Below are positions 10,215 through 22,425 of a stretch of DNA of 40,279 bases, in pieces (position 1 is the first letter of the stretch; every line of letters starts with the position of its first letter). This DNA is from Octopus bimaculoides. Taxonomy: Eukaryota. The position numbers and the translations under genes were made by a program. Below the pieces are notes generated by a model. That model was not told where the DNA came from. It ran no database searches and saw nothing but the letters and a program-made list of their open reading frames with translations. The stretch lies in assembly GCF_001194135.2 (NCBI RefSeq), contig NC_068982.1, positions 136,223,456-136,263,734 on the forward strand. Reading direction: 5' to 3'.

Positions 10215-11087
10215 NNNNNNNNNNNNNNNNNNNNNNNNNNNNNNNNNNNNNNNNNNNNNNNNNNNNNNNNNNNNNNNNNNNNNNNNNNNNNNNNNNNNNN
10301 NNNNNNNNNNNNNNNNNNNNNNNNNNNNNNNNNNNNNNNNNNNNNNNNNNNNNNNNNNNNNNNNNNNNNNNNNNNNNNNNNNNNNNNNNNNNNNNNNNNN
10401 NNNNNNNNNNNNNNNNNNNNNNNNNNNNNNNNNNNNNNNNNNNNNNNNNNNNNNNNNNNNNNNNNNNNNNNNNNNNNNNNNNNNNNNNNNNNNNNNNNNN
10501 NNNNNNNNNNNNNNNNNNNNNNNNNNNNNNNNNNNNNNNNNNNNNNNNNNNNNNNNNNNNNNNNNNNNNNNNNNNNNNNNNNNNNNNNNNNNNNNNNNNN
10601 NNNNNNNNNNNNNNNNNNNNNNNNNNNNNNNNNNNNNNNNNNNNNNNNNNNNNNNNNNNNNNNNNNNNNNNNNNNNNNNNNNNNNNNNNNNNNNNNNNNN
10701 NNNNNNNNNNNNNNNNNNNNNNNNNNNNNNNNNNNNNNNNNNNNNNNNNNNNNNNNNNNNNNNNNNNNNNNNNNNNNNNNNNNNNNNNNNNNNNNNNNNN
10801 NNNNNNNNNNNNNNNNNNNNNNNNNNNNNNNNNNNNNNNNNNNNNNNNNNNNNNNNNNNNNNNNNNNNNNNNNNNNNNNNNNNNNNNNNNNNNNNNNNNN
10901 NNNNNNNNNNNNNNNNNNNNNNNNNNNNNNNNNNNNNNNNNNNNNNNNNNNNNNNNNNNNNNNNNNNNNNNNNNNNNNNNNNNNNNNNNNNNNNNNNNNN
11001 NNNNNNNNNNNNNNNNNNNNNNNNNNNNNNNNNNNNNNNNNNNNNNNNNNNNNNNNNNNNNNNNNNNNNNNNNNNNNNNNNNNNNNN
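10215..11087. other. Largest assembly gap (others: 382-391, 2656-2665, 3479-3878, 8663-8705, 16191-16400, 29749-29758, 30944-31196, 35798-35825)
   Basis: N runs, mostly flanked by microsatellites. Confidence 1.
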
Positions 11088-11222
11088 TATATATATATAT
11101 ATATTGGAAAATGTGTGAAGTCCTTGGTACAGATAAGTATATTTGAGAAATATACCTCTGTGTGTGTGTGAGTGTGTGTACACATATGTATGGATACCCA
11201 TATATATGTGTGTATGTTTGCT

Positions 11223-11275
<53 letters not shown>

Positions 11276-11963
11276 ACATGCATATAGGTATGTGTTCATT
11301 TATGCGTGTTCGTTTACAGCTATGTAAAAAAAATCGCTGTTACTTGTAATGTCACGTCAATTTGTGACCCATAATTTAACGATCCATCAATTAGAAATCG
11401 AAAACTTAAATACCGTGTTCGATATGATTGACCACACTTCTAGAAATTGGTGTTCGAGCGTGACCGCGGGGGAATCACTGAATGCCTTAACGCTAGGGAA
11501 GTATTTTCCTTCTTCAATTATTACATTTCACGTGCAAAACGTATAATATTGTAAAACTGGTGTTTTATGTGTTAAACTACATCTACATGTAAAGCCAATT
11601 GGTTTTCACCATGATTCAAAACCAGTTTCTCTGATTACCAAACCATAAAATGTCTTCAAACTCAGGAAAGTAATTATTGATAGAATTAGCTCTTATTTTA
11701 TATATCTTTTTTATGTTTGTCGTTTTTTTATTACTCCTTTCTTTTTTGTATATTAGTGAACAAGAAATGCATTTTGAATCTTATAGCGTATAGAATAAAA
11801 TGACGTCAGCTTTGGTTCTTTTCATTAATATTAAAGAAATTAAAGGGGCTGAAACCTTTCAGACATGAAGTCGAATCGCGCCGTTATTTCATCTCATAAA
11901 TTATTTACACACACACACACACAAATATACACACGCGCGCGATCACACACATATAGCTAACAT

Positions 11964-12270
11964 GGACTCCATCGCTTGCGACAGCGGAGGTTCCAGATGA
12001 CCCGATCAAAGGAAGAGTCTGCTCGTGAAATTCGCGTCCTAGTGGCTGAGCACTCCAGAGACACGCGTACTCTTATCGTAGTTCTCAGGGAGATTCTGCG
12101 TGACAAAGAACGTGACAAGGCTGGCTCTTTTGAATTAAAGGTACTAATCATTTTTGCCAGCTAAGTGACCTTGAACAACGTGAAATAAAGTTATTTGCTG
12201 AAAGATAAAAACGCGCCACCTGGAATCGAACAACCGATCCATGAGCCGAATACCATAACTACAATGCCAC
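11964..12270 (-). mobile_element. SINE family C, near full length
   Basis: Reverse complement reads ...CTTAGCTGGCAAAAATGA...CAAAAGAGCCAGCCTTGTCAC...CCCTGAGAACTACG...GGAGTGCTCAGCCAC...GATCGGGTCATCTGGAACC and aligns with 36481-36793. Confidence 0.85.
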
Positions 12271-12279
12271 TCGCATTCG

Positions 12280-12307
12280 CTCTCTCTCTCCCTTTCTCTC
12301 ACACACA

Positions 12308-12390
<83 letters not shown>
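12280..12390. repeat. (CT)n(AT)n microsatellite
   Basis: Direct inspection. Confidence 0.95.
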
Positions 12391-12392
<2 letters not shown>

Positions 12393-12865
12393 CCCTCGAC
12401 TATCTCGGGTGTTACGTTCCAAAACTGACCGTGATAGATGAAAATCCGCGAAGTAGAAACAATACTGTATTGTGTATTTTTTATTATAATTGTTATGATT
12501 TGCATATATTTATTTTATTATAAATGCAAAACAACTCCAGAGAGGAATCAATGTAAGTTTAAATAATAAAAGGCGAAAGGTGAACCGTGATACGGCGAGG
12601 GATTTCTGTAATTACTGTATATATATAATGTGATTGGACTAGAAACTTCTCAATTGCTGAGATATTTTCTTAGCCATTCGACAATGCTTGCCTCCCTATA
12701 TATCACATGTGCAATCATTGATTCAGACATCTGTATGTGCAGGAATGCATACATTCAACCGTATATAAATACATGCATACACACACATAATACCTCGGTT
12801 TTCGAACAACTCTGATCACGTATAAATCGTACTTTGTCTCCTGTCTTTCTCATATTCATTTTGTA

Positions 12866-13229
12866 CAGTAGTACCTCGGTTTACGAATACCTCTGATCAC
12901 GAATAAATCGTGCTTTATATATATTTATATCTATCTATTCCTTTTGTCTCAGCACAGGATCTTAGATCAAGTCGCTTGCTATGCAAATATATCTCCGTAA
13001 TTCCGAAAGCTTGAGCCAGGCTACCAAAACAGTGAGGAAAGCCGTTACTTGTTGCTTGAGAAAAATAACGACTAAGCAACAGAAATTTAAGTGTTGTAGT
13101 GAATCTAACGGTTTTTGTGTGTTCTTAAATGGCTCTTAAACACCTTCCACGCTGCAATTGTTTTTGTTTCAGTACACGATCTCAGATCAGGTCGCTTGCT
13201 ATGCAAGTACATCTCCGTAATATATATAT

Positions 13230-13277
<48 letters not shown>

Positions 13278-13320
13278 GATTTATTTGCGATCAGAGTTGT
13301 TTGAAAACCGAGATAATACT

Positions 13321-13321
<1 letters not shown>
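12866..13321. mobile_element. MITE-like non-autonomous Tc1/mariner-pogo element, about 45-bp TIRs, TA TSD
   Basis: Left TA|CAGTAGTACCTCGGTTTACGAATACCTCTGATCACGAATAAATCGT. The right end's reverse complement reads TA|CAGTATTATCTCGGTTTTCAAACAACTCTGATCGCAAATAAATCGT. TA at 12864-12865 and 13322-13323. Confidence 0.75.
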
Positions 13322-13353
<32 letters not shown>

Positions 13354-13842
13354 CAGAGATGCGAGTTCATCTTCACCACTGATTCTCCTCTGTTACTTGA
13401 AAAAATAAATAGGTAAAAAAAATAAATAATTAAATAAATATGCAATACTTCCCATATCACCATTTCGTATTCAAAAAATTCTTTTTATCCTGTTGAACGG
13501 ATAGATTAAGATGAACAAGAGCTGAAGTGACAACAACGAACATGACATACACCGCAACAACTCTACCGATAACATCACCACACAATCAGTTGTTGCAGGA
13601 ATGAATAACTTTTCGAATAATTTTTTCCCTCACTTTTATATATCTCAACACATTCTTCGCACAACAAAATCAGTGATGTCGAAAACACATACTCTCTGAC
13701 GACAAAAACCAGCAAATATTCACTGGAATATATTCCAAATAAATATGTAACACGTAAGGTAATAGATAACTAGAATTTCTCTAATTAACATTTTATTTAG
13801 TTATTCAACTTCAACAATAATCGTCCTAGTGATAATATGATT

Positions 13843-14053
13843 TCTAATTTTGGAAGAAGGATAGCCTTTTGTAGGGGAAGGCAAACCTCGATTCGCATCA
13901 AACTCTGTGTTTAACTAATATTTGATTTATCGACCTCGATAGGAAGTATGGCAATGTCCTCCTCAGCAGTATTTGAACTCAGAATGTGTAGAGTCGGAAG
14001 AAATGCTGCTTTGCATTTTTGCCGCTACGGTAATGACTCTGCCAGTCCGCCGC
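13843..14053 (-). mobile_element. SINE family B
   Basis: TTATCGACCTCGATAGG...ATTTGAACTCAGAATGT...TGACTCTGCCAGTCCGCCGC is the reverse complement of the B pattern. Confidence 0.8.
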
Positions 14054-14079
14054 TTGTTACTGCACAGAATAATTTCTAC

Positions 14080-14251
14080 TACAGGCCTGAGATCATGGGA
14101 AGAGGACTAAGTGATTATATTGACCATCCTAGTGCTTAACTGTCACTTATTCTCCGTCGACCTCGGTGAAATTTGAACTCAGGCGATAAAGACCGACGAA
14201 ATACCACTAAACACTTTGTCAGGCTTGCCAACGGTTCTGCCCGTTCACTGC
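14080..14251 (-). mobile_element. SINE family B (tandem to previous copy)
   Basis: GTCGACCTCGGTGAAATTTGAACTCAGG...GCCAACGGTTCTGCC. Confidence 0.8.
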
Positions 14252-14989
14252 TTTTTTTTTTTTAAAGTTAATATCAAAGCTACAACAAAACTGACCAAAA
14301 TACGAAAGCACAAGGGTATCACACTCGCAAAATATACGGCAACAAACAATGTAATCAATAGGTATACAACACATAGCCATAACACAAACTCACTGAACAG
14401 ACTCCGTTATAAAACTCACAGCTTGGTCTTCATGGAACTGAAACGCTTAAATTACCGCACACTGCAGTCACTGTGAAATAACGCAAGAAACAAAGCTGCC
14501 ACTCCAACAAAGGACTTATAGAAAATGTAGTCTAATGCTGTAGAACAGAAACTATAGCAGACGCTGTTGTAACTATTTGTTGCGGGTGTTTGCAGATATT
14601 TTTCCTCTGTGCAAATTTTACCTTCCTTTGCTAAAGTTGCGCGCGTCCATAAGATCGACCGTCGCTCAAATTTCTTTCATTAACGGTAAAGTTCGTTCTC
14701 ACGCTGAAAACTTTGGGCGCATTGGTTTTCTTTGTGAGCTACGTGTAAAACTTTGTGTACTCAAACATCCCTCCCGTTATGCAAATATATTATATATATA
14801 CATATAGATATGTGTGTGTATGTGTCTGTGCATGTGTGTCTGTACATATATATATACACACACATACGTACACACATACATCCGCGCGCGCGCGCACACA
14901 CACAGACACTCACACACAGTCACACACACACACATATATAAGTAAAGAAGGAAAATGCACACACTTTACATAGTTTTAATATAATCACT

Positions 14990-16190
14990 AATATATCGAC
15001 CGGTCGGTTTCGCTTTTGCTATTCATGATATTAAGATTTATTTAAGCATGTATTTTCTTAAGAAGGGATTTTCTCCATGTTGTATGTGATGATATTTACG
15101 AGTTATGATTTAACAAGTAGAAAGTAAGGGGAGATAATTGGTTATTGTTATTATGGTTATTGTTGTGGGCAAGGGAGATAACTGTTCAGCTTTCGGTAAG
15201 GTGGCGGGTAATATATATAATATTGTTATATTCCATTGTGAATTTAATGTTACTATTTATATCGTTTAGTATTGATTTCAAATCCAAAAGTTTTTTGATG
15301 TTCTTCCAAATGATAAAACAGTCATCTAGGTATCTTTTCCGATTTTCTCTTATGTAAATGTAAAATGGGTAACCATATTTTTGCAGTGATACTTCATTTA
15401 AGGTGAATTCAAAATAATACAGTATTAAGTTCGCAAGAACAGGGGCTGCTTTCGTTCCCATCGCAATTCCGCATTCTGACGAGAGTATGTGTCATCAAAT
15501 AGGAAATAATTGTTCTGAAGTATAAATTTTAAAAACTCAATTTCAAAGATCTGATTTATGCGTTGCGGGAATACTTCGGGTTACTTTTCCAACCAGAATT
15601 TGATTGCTTCTATTCCATAGCCATGTGGGATGTTGGTGTATAGGTTGGTAACACCGAAGGAAACAAATATTGCCTGTTCATCAATTGTTTTTGGTAGGTG
15701 TGCTAGCATGTCTAAATGGTCTCTAATGAAACTTTTTGATGTATTTCAGCAAGGATTTCAGTAAGAGATCTATAAAATTGGTTAGGTGGCGGGTTTCACA
15801 GGCTGGCCCAGCTACAATGGGCCTTAAAGTTAAGTCTTCTGGCGTTTGGATATCTATGTATTTGCGCTTGTGTTCTTTTGGATATTGATAGTTTGATTTA
15901 AGTGGACGTGTATTTATTTTTGTAAATGTACTTGTTCTGGAGGTTTTCAGAAAGGGGTTCTCTGAAGTGTAGTCTCTTTTAAACTGGGCTTCGTAACTAA
16001 GGAAGAAATTTACAGTTTTCCCATCGTTGCAGGGAATTGTTTTCCTCCGACTCACAGCTGTCTTTCCATAGTTTTATAGCACTTTCCAAAAGTTGTTTAT
16101 CAGCATGTTTAGTGAATTCGGTGTTCATTTCTTCATCGATCGTTATATATTTTTGTTCGTTATTCGATGCCCTGAGTTTGAGTATATATA
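14990..16190 (-). pseudogene. Penelope-like element remnant: disrupted reverse transcriptase (about 15225-16190) plus 3' non-coding end with a hammerhead-like motif
   Basis: Translation gives LRPIVAGPACETRHLTNFIDLLLK, SFIRDHLDMLAHLP, VSFGVTNLYTNIPH-YGIEAIKFWL, FILQNNYFLF, GIAMGTKAAPVLANL, RYLDDCFIIW and INSNIKFTMEY, the diagnostic PLE RT motifs. It has frameshifts, an in-frame stop and SFDV->SFGV. No thumb or GIY-YIG domain is seen after IKFTMEY. Confidence 0.92.
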
Positions 16191-16569
16191 NNNNNNNNNN
16201 NNNNNNNNNNNNNNNNNNNNNNNNNNNNNNNNNNNNNNNNNNNNNNNNNNNNNNNNNNNNNNNNNNNNNNNNNNNNNNNNNNNNNNNNNNNNNNNNNNNN
16301 NNNNNNNNNNNNNNNNNNNNNNNNNNNNNNNNNNNNNNNNNNNNNNNNNNNNNNNNNNNNNNNNNNNNNNNNNNNNNNNNNNNNNNNNNNNNNNNNNNNN
16401 GAACCAATTTATCCCAGTGTTTATATTTTTTTAAGGCCTGCTACTTATTTTATCTGTGTTTTTTGTCGAGCTGGTATGTTACGGGGATGTTAACACACTA
16501 ACTTCCACCGCGAAGCGCTGGTGGTGCTTGAGAAACACTCATATACACACACGCACACACATTGACATA

Positions 16570-16690
16570 TACGACTGGCCCCCTTTAAGTTTCCGCCTGC
16601 CAAATCCATTCACATGGCTTTGGTCGGCCCCAGACTACAGTAGAAGACACTCGCCTAAGGTGCCACTCAGTGGAACTGAACTCAGAGCCA
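16570..16690 (-). mobile_element. SINE family A, 5' portion
   Basis: Reverse complement reads GAGTTCAGTTCCACTGAGTGGCACCTTAGGCGAGTGTCTTCTACTGTAGTC...GGATTTGGCAGGCGGAAACT. Confidence 0.8.
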
Positions 16691-16722
16691 TGTACTTGGG
16701 AAGTAAACTGTGCGTGTGTGTT

Positions 16723-16758
<36 letters not shown>

Positions 16759-19700
16759 TGTATATGTGTGTGCATGTGTGTGTATGTGTGTGTGTTTGTG
16801 TGTGTGTATTGACGGGCTACCATAAAATACTTTGGGATGCATTTAAGGCACGAGACAAATTTTAACATGTAAGCATCCAATATCAAAAGCAAGAATTACA
16901 AAGTGCATAAGAGAAAACCTTATCTACTAACAACAATGTGAATAGCAGGTCAACTGAAAAACAAACTAACAAATTAAATTTAAAAAAAACAACTGAGAGA
17001 AAACCTGTAAACTCAGCACAAATGTTTATTCGACGTAAACTGAACGGAATAGTAAAGCACTTGAGAAAATAAGAACACAAGATGTCTTCAACACAACATA
17101 CAAGGAAAAAAAAATATGGAGAACGCATAACAGTTTACATCATTTTAATAACCATTGACGTCAATAAAGCTAACTTCATTACTCGCTATTCATGGTGAAT
17201 GGAGCCAATCGTAAGGTAAAATTTCATTATAAACAACAAAAAAGCTCAATGACAAGCTGTATGACGTTGCAAAGCCGATCTAGAGTACTGTAACAATACA
17301 ACTAGAAACTTTAATTTCCCGTACAGAGTACAGCAAACATTTTACTTCTCATCACATGATATTTAGCTAATAGCCAAGTGACCTTCATACACTCAAACAA
17401 CAACACAATATTTGCTTGAACATATACACACTGTGTACCCAACATAATTAAAATACCTTTATTTACCTACAATTCTTCAACAGCATACACTGCTTGGCTA
17501 GAATATATAGTATGACCGGTTAACGTCGTACAAATACACTAGACGCTTTCTTATGTAACTTGTCTAAGCAAAATGCATAATTAATCCGAGATTATGTATT
17601 ATATATTAAGCAGATTCGCCAGGAGCTAAAACCGTTCTATCCATACGACAAATCTTTCGACATATGTCACAACAATTTACCAAAAGACATAAAACATTTC
17701 ATTTATCACAATGCTGTCCGCAGTCTTCAGGCAAACGCCAGTAATCCAAGGAAATGAAAGTATTCAAAATAAAAGAATTTCACGAAGTACAGTTTGATAC
17801 CGCCACTAAGTTTCAGCTCATAGAATCTCTGCAGTTACATGTTTAATAATACTCAGATCAAAAGCGCAACAAAGCGACCTTAAATCCCTCATATTTACAG
17901 ACAGAATGAAAAGAACGAGACGGAAGGTGGTTAAGAAAATGCCGCATGTTCTGACGTACACACCCTACTGTATATGATAACCAACTGGATGTCGGAGTTC
18001 ATATCATTATTTTGAAACAGACGCAGGTATATCTTGTGCGGAGCAAGAGCAATGTATATGTCGATCGCACTTACGAGCAATAGATGTTTACCATCAGAGC
18101 TTCCGTAGTTACACGAAAACGATAATAAAGGTATATTTAACGGTAATAAAAAGTAATAAGATTACGAAAAATAATTGTCCACTAGTATTTCAGTGACGAT
18201 GACAAAGACAGGTGAAGACACTGTCGACATTTCTGCAACGCTTTAAATATTATCGAAACGTATCATCTCGTCTGCTGCAACCTGACCCCAGATTAAAGAG
18301 TTTAGGTTATTCGAAAAGAACAAAAAGAATCAGCTCATACGAGAATATGTAAAAATGGCAATAACTGGAAACTTGACGAGGGTTAATGGCACTTTCATAT
18401 TTTGAATATATGTGAACTAAAATAAAAACAATGTCACGAAAACTTCTAAATAAGATTTCATTTCTTATCTTTTTCTTAGTTGTTCTATAGACTCAGATAT
18501 ATATCAACAAAGTTTTCCTCTCTTCTCTCCTTCGACTTTTATATACACCACATTTATCATTTATCAGTGTCACGATCTTTTACAGTTCTCTTACGGGATT
18601 TTATAGAAATTAGTGTTCGTTGATGGTGTTAAGGTTACATTGATTGTTTTGCTTTTTTTTTTTATAGAATTTGTAAGGTTTACAATTCACTTGTGTAAAT
18701 GTGGAGGACTTTTTAGCTGTATTGAGGGGAGGAAGAATTAAAGTCGTGATTAAGTGACTACTGTTTCGTCTTTTATTACATTCATAACTTCATGATGAAT
18801 TTAAATTCAACGAGATTATATATTCATTCGATTTCAGTGGTTTCTGTAACTCCGGGAAATATTTAAAGAATATCGAAGAAAAAATAATGCAGAAGATATG
18901 ATACCAAGATACGATATTCTCGCTCCAATGTATTTTAGGAGGCAAAATACGTTTGAAAACTATAGAATTTTCCTAAAAATACTCGATATAACTAATTTAA
19001 AATGATTTACTTATTGCCTGAGCAAAAAGAGTGTATCACTACTTTAAATAATATACAATCTTCCTCGTTATAATCATAAATTCGACCTCCTTTTGTTTTA
19101 CCGTATCATAATATTGCAATGTGAATGCATTGCTCAGGATTTCGTTAAACGGTGAAAGCTCTGGACAAAATTCTTTAATCCTAATGACGTTAACGAAATG
19201 CACACAATATATCTAAATGCGAGGTAATTTTCGCTTCACAGCAAGATTAAAGCATAAGGGTAAAATTCTTTCTGCTGAAAATATTTGAGAAAACAGTGGA
19301 GATCGCATGTTATTTATATCCCCCGAGAAGGAAATTATAATGAATATATGAAGCTAAGTATAAATTAAACACACACCACACACCACAGAGTCCTATATGA
19401 AACATATTATTTTCTATTTTCGTTGTGTCATTTCCTTAAACATAGTCAATATAAATATAGGAGCGGGCATTATATCTTAACATCTATAGTTCTCCATAAC
19501 ATTTCTATATTCTTATATATTCATTGGCTCTAAGCGTCTACGAATCTACATTAGCAATATATAACAATGGCTCCAAGCTAATTTTGGTTTAATATCGCTC
19601 CGAAATTGCAGTAGCAAACAAAAGATAGTGTTGGCTTTCCTTCTGAAATGATTTAATTTTGTATCTTCTTACCTAAAGTAGAGAGTTAAAGAGAGAAACA

Positions 19701-20642
19701 TCAATAAAAAACAAAAAAAGTATATTCTCAGTGTTGCCAAATGAACTGACAATTTGTGGTGTAGAATAATGGTTTGCTGTAGAGCAAATGCGTTAACTTA
19801 CATTCGCGGAAATGATACTCTTACTAGTCGAAAAAACAAAACCTCATTCAAATATCTTACATCTCATTAGAGTTACTATAATTTTCTCCAAATGTATTAC
19901 TGTTTATCTCTCCAGTGTTTCATTTCGTTTCACACTAATTACTGTATCAGATCGCCTGTTATTCTTCTTCGTTTTCTAAACACAACAATCACCAATAACC
20001 CTCGTATCTATTACTACTATTGTCTAGCAATTGACAATTAATCTAAATTAGTTTCACTGATGTACTTGTCTTCATCGGATGAAGTGTTAATGTGATTAAA
20101 AGCTGTGTCACGTCAGCTTATCTTGCACGGACAACGTTGTGATATATGGCGAAGACTTTCTAATTAATGTTCAGGATTAGAGTTCGTCAACACTGTTCAT
20201 CACCACTCTATAGTTAATGTTCAGGGGTTCGTCTTCATCAACAAGTTTGCCAGCACTTGAGGACGTGTGTATTACCGATTTCGTGTGTATGTATCTATAT
20301 AACAATACGTTGGTATATTTCTGCGAATGTTATTCTATACATGCACATATATACACACAAATTATTAGTTGCTGTTCGTAGCTGAGGAGTTTGTTATTTC
20401 TTTATGATCTCAACCACATCTATCTTTATGCGTGTGTGGGTATGTATATATCTGAAAGTGTTTGTATGTATGCGCACTTGCAGGTGTATGCTTTATTCTG
20501 TTTATATGCTATAAGAGAACGTGTCCTTCTTCGATGTATGATAATTCTGAGATCGTATCTTTATTATTTACGTGGCACCGTATTTATTTATAAATGTGTT
20601 CGTATATCATATAAACTAAGATAAAACTTGTATTAAAAATTA

Positions 20643-21545
20643 GATATATTTCGACCAAAGATTGGTCCAGACCATGTCTAACATAATAGCACCACCTGAT
20701 AGGATTATCTAAATCCTTTTAAGTCAATTTTTTTCATGGTCCATTCAAGTAGTGAGTTCTTGTTGAGTGTGTTGTATCCAGGTATGAGTGGCTTATCTGG
20801 TATTCCTTGAAGGAATCTGTTCAGACTCTGTTCAAAGGTGATGGGATCCTTTTCGCCTTTAATCAGTTTTGGGCAATGTTAAACAGGGCAGGGCCTGTTG
20901 AGGAAAAGAAATTATGTCGCAGTGTACCTATATGTTGTGATCCTGAATTGGGCAGGATACGTATGGCCCGTGGTCTCAGCCTTGGATGAGCCTTGAAACT
21001 AATGTTCAGGTAGTTTGGGCAATGCTGGCGGTATATTCTCCACATCGTGCAAATGATGTACCGCTCGCGGCGGCGCTGGAGAGAGTAGAGTTTCAAGGCT
21101 TTAAGGCGGTCCCAGTAATCGAGATCAGTCATGCGTTCAATTCTTTTAGTGAGTGCTCTCTGGGTTGATTCAATTCTCGATATGTTTTGTTTTGTATGGG
21201 GAGACCACAAGGGGCAGCAGTATTCGAGGTGTGGCCGTACAAAGGAGGAAAAAGTGGAATGATGACACCGGAAGGTTCTCAAGATCCAGGAGCTCATCCT
21301 ACGAGCTATATCGACCTTATCGTTGATGTGGGCACTCCATCCGAGATTGTTATCAGCAATTACACCCAGGTCTCTGATATCGTTATATGCCGTGAGCGGT
21401 TCTCCAGAGGGAAGAGTGTATGGCTTTTTTAGTATCGACTTTCTTCCAAAATGCATCAGCTTAAATTTTCTCTCGTTCAGTTGCATTTTGTTTTTGTCAG
21501 CCCATTGACTCACAGCATATACATCAGACTGGAGTTGAGCTCAAC
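20643..21545 (-). mobile_element. 5'-truncated CR1/L2-group LINE: RT C-terminal region and 3' UTR
   Basis: LQSDVYAVSQWADKNKMQLNE.KFKLMHFG, IRDLGVI, FVRPHLEYCCPLWSP, YWDRLKALKLYSLQRRRERY. After a frameshift: PKLIK...FLQGIPDKP.IPGY...NSLLEW. The 3' end carries a GACCAA/TTGGTC stem-loop. Confidence 0.93.
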
Positions 21546-21647
21546 GAGAATTCGTTCTCAAATACAGCAGTTAATGGTAAAAGAAGACAAAAAATACTTT
21601 ATAAAGAATATTGGTCTCAAATTTTCTTCAAATTTCAGCACAAGGTC

Positions 21648-21827
21648 AGAAATTTTGTAGGGGGTCGATTACCTCGACCCCAGTGTTCAATTGGTACTTC
21701 ATTTAATCGTCCACGAAAGGACGACAGGCAAAGTAGACCTTGGCGGGATTTGATCTCAGAACGTAAGCACATGCTAAATGCTGCAAAGCATGCTGCCCAG
21801 CATGCTAACGATTCTGCCCTCACCGCC
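21648..21827 (-). mobile_element. SINE family B
   Basis: GCACAAGG...CTCGACCCCAGTG...GGTACTT...GGCGGGATTTGATCTCAGAACGTAAG...CTAACGATTCTGCC. Confidence 0.85.
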
Positions 21828-21850
21828 TCATATTCTATTCAGAATATTCG

Positions 21851-22036
21851 TTTCAAATTTTAGCACAGGGCTGTCGATTACACCGACCCAGATTGCTCAA
21901 CTGGCACTTATTTTATTGATAACGAAAAGAAAGGTAAAGTCGATGTCAGCGGAATTTTAACTGAGAACGTAAAAACGGACAAAATATCGCTATGCAATTT
22001 TGTCCGGAGTGCTGACGATTCTACCACCTCACCGCC
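21851..22036 (-). mobile_element. SINE family B
   Basis: GTCGATGTCAGCGGAATTTTAACTGAGAACGTAAA...TGACGATTCTACCACCTCACCGCC. Confidence 0.8.
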
Positions 22037-22069
22037 TTTTGTTTCTATTATGCATATTATGTGTTGTAA

Positions 22070-22235
22070 AAGCGGCGAGCTGGCAGTATTATTGCCACAC
22101 TTCCAGGTCAACTTTACCTTTCATCCTTTTGGGGCTCGGTGAATTAAGTACTAGTTGAGTACTGGGGTCGATGTAATCAACTATCGCCCTCCCTCAAAAT
22201 ACAAGTCATGTGCGTATAAGAGAAAGGACTATTAT
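22070..22235 (+). mobile_element. SINE family B with internal head deletion
   Basis: GCGGCGAGCTGGCAG...CTTTCATCCTTTTGGGG...TAAGTACTAGTTGAGTACTGGGGTCGATGTAATC. Confidence 0.8.
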
Positions 22236-22239
22236 TATC

Positions 22240-22425
22240 GCACCGGATAAAATGACATGTGGCATTTCGTCCGTCTTTACGTTCCGAGTTCAAATGCCGC
22301 CTGGGTAGATTTTAGCTTTCATCATTTCAGGATTGATAATATTAGCACAAATTGAGTACTGGAGTCAATTAGTCCGACTTAGAACCGTCGCCGAAATTGC
22401 GGGCCTTGTGCCAAAATTTAAACTC
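22240..22425 (+). mobile_element. SINE family B, 5'-truncated
   Basis: CATTTCGTCCGTCTTTACGTTCCGAGTTCAAATGCCGCC...GGGCCTTGTGCCAAAATTT. Confidence 0.8.

Noticed and set aside
10101-11283. Long ORFs of 320-390 aa (also 3329-3976, 15997-16501, 30908-31375)
   Set aside because: They read through N gaps and microsatellites; not coding evidence.
11976-12164. Exon-like ORF (MTRSKEESAREIRVLVAEH...) ending at a good AAG|GTACTA donor
   Set aside because: It is the antisense strand of SINE family C; its reverse complement aligns with 36481-36793.
12424-12475. CTGAC...GAAACAATACTGTA as another hammerhead
   Set aside because: Core spacing is wrong and no clear stem II or stem I is present.
20160-20250. 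Short TTAATGTTCAGG direct repeat 50 bp apart
   Set aside because: Only two 12-bp copies; consistent with a trivial local duplication and not CRISPR-like.
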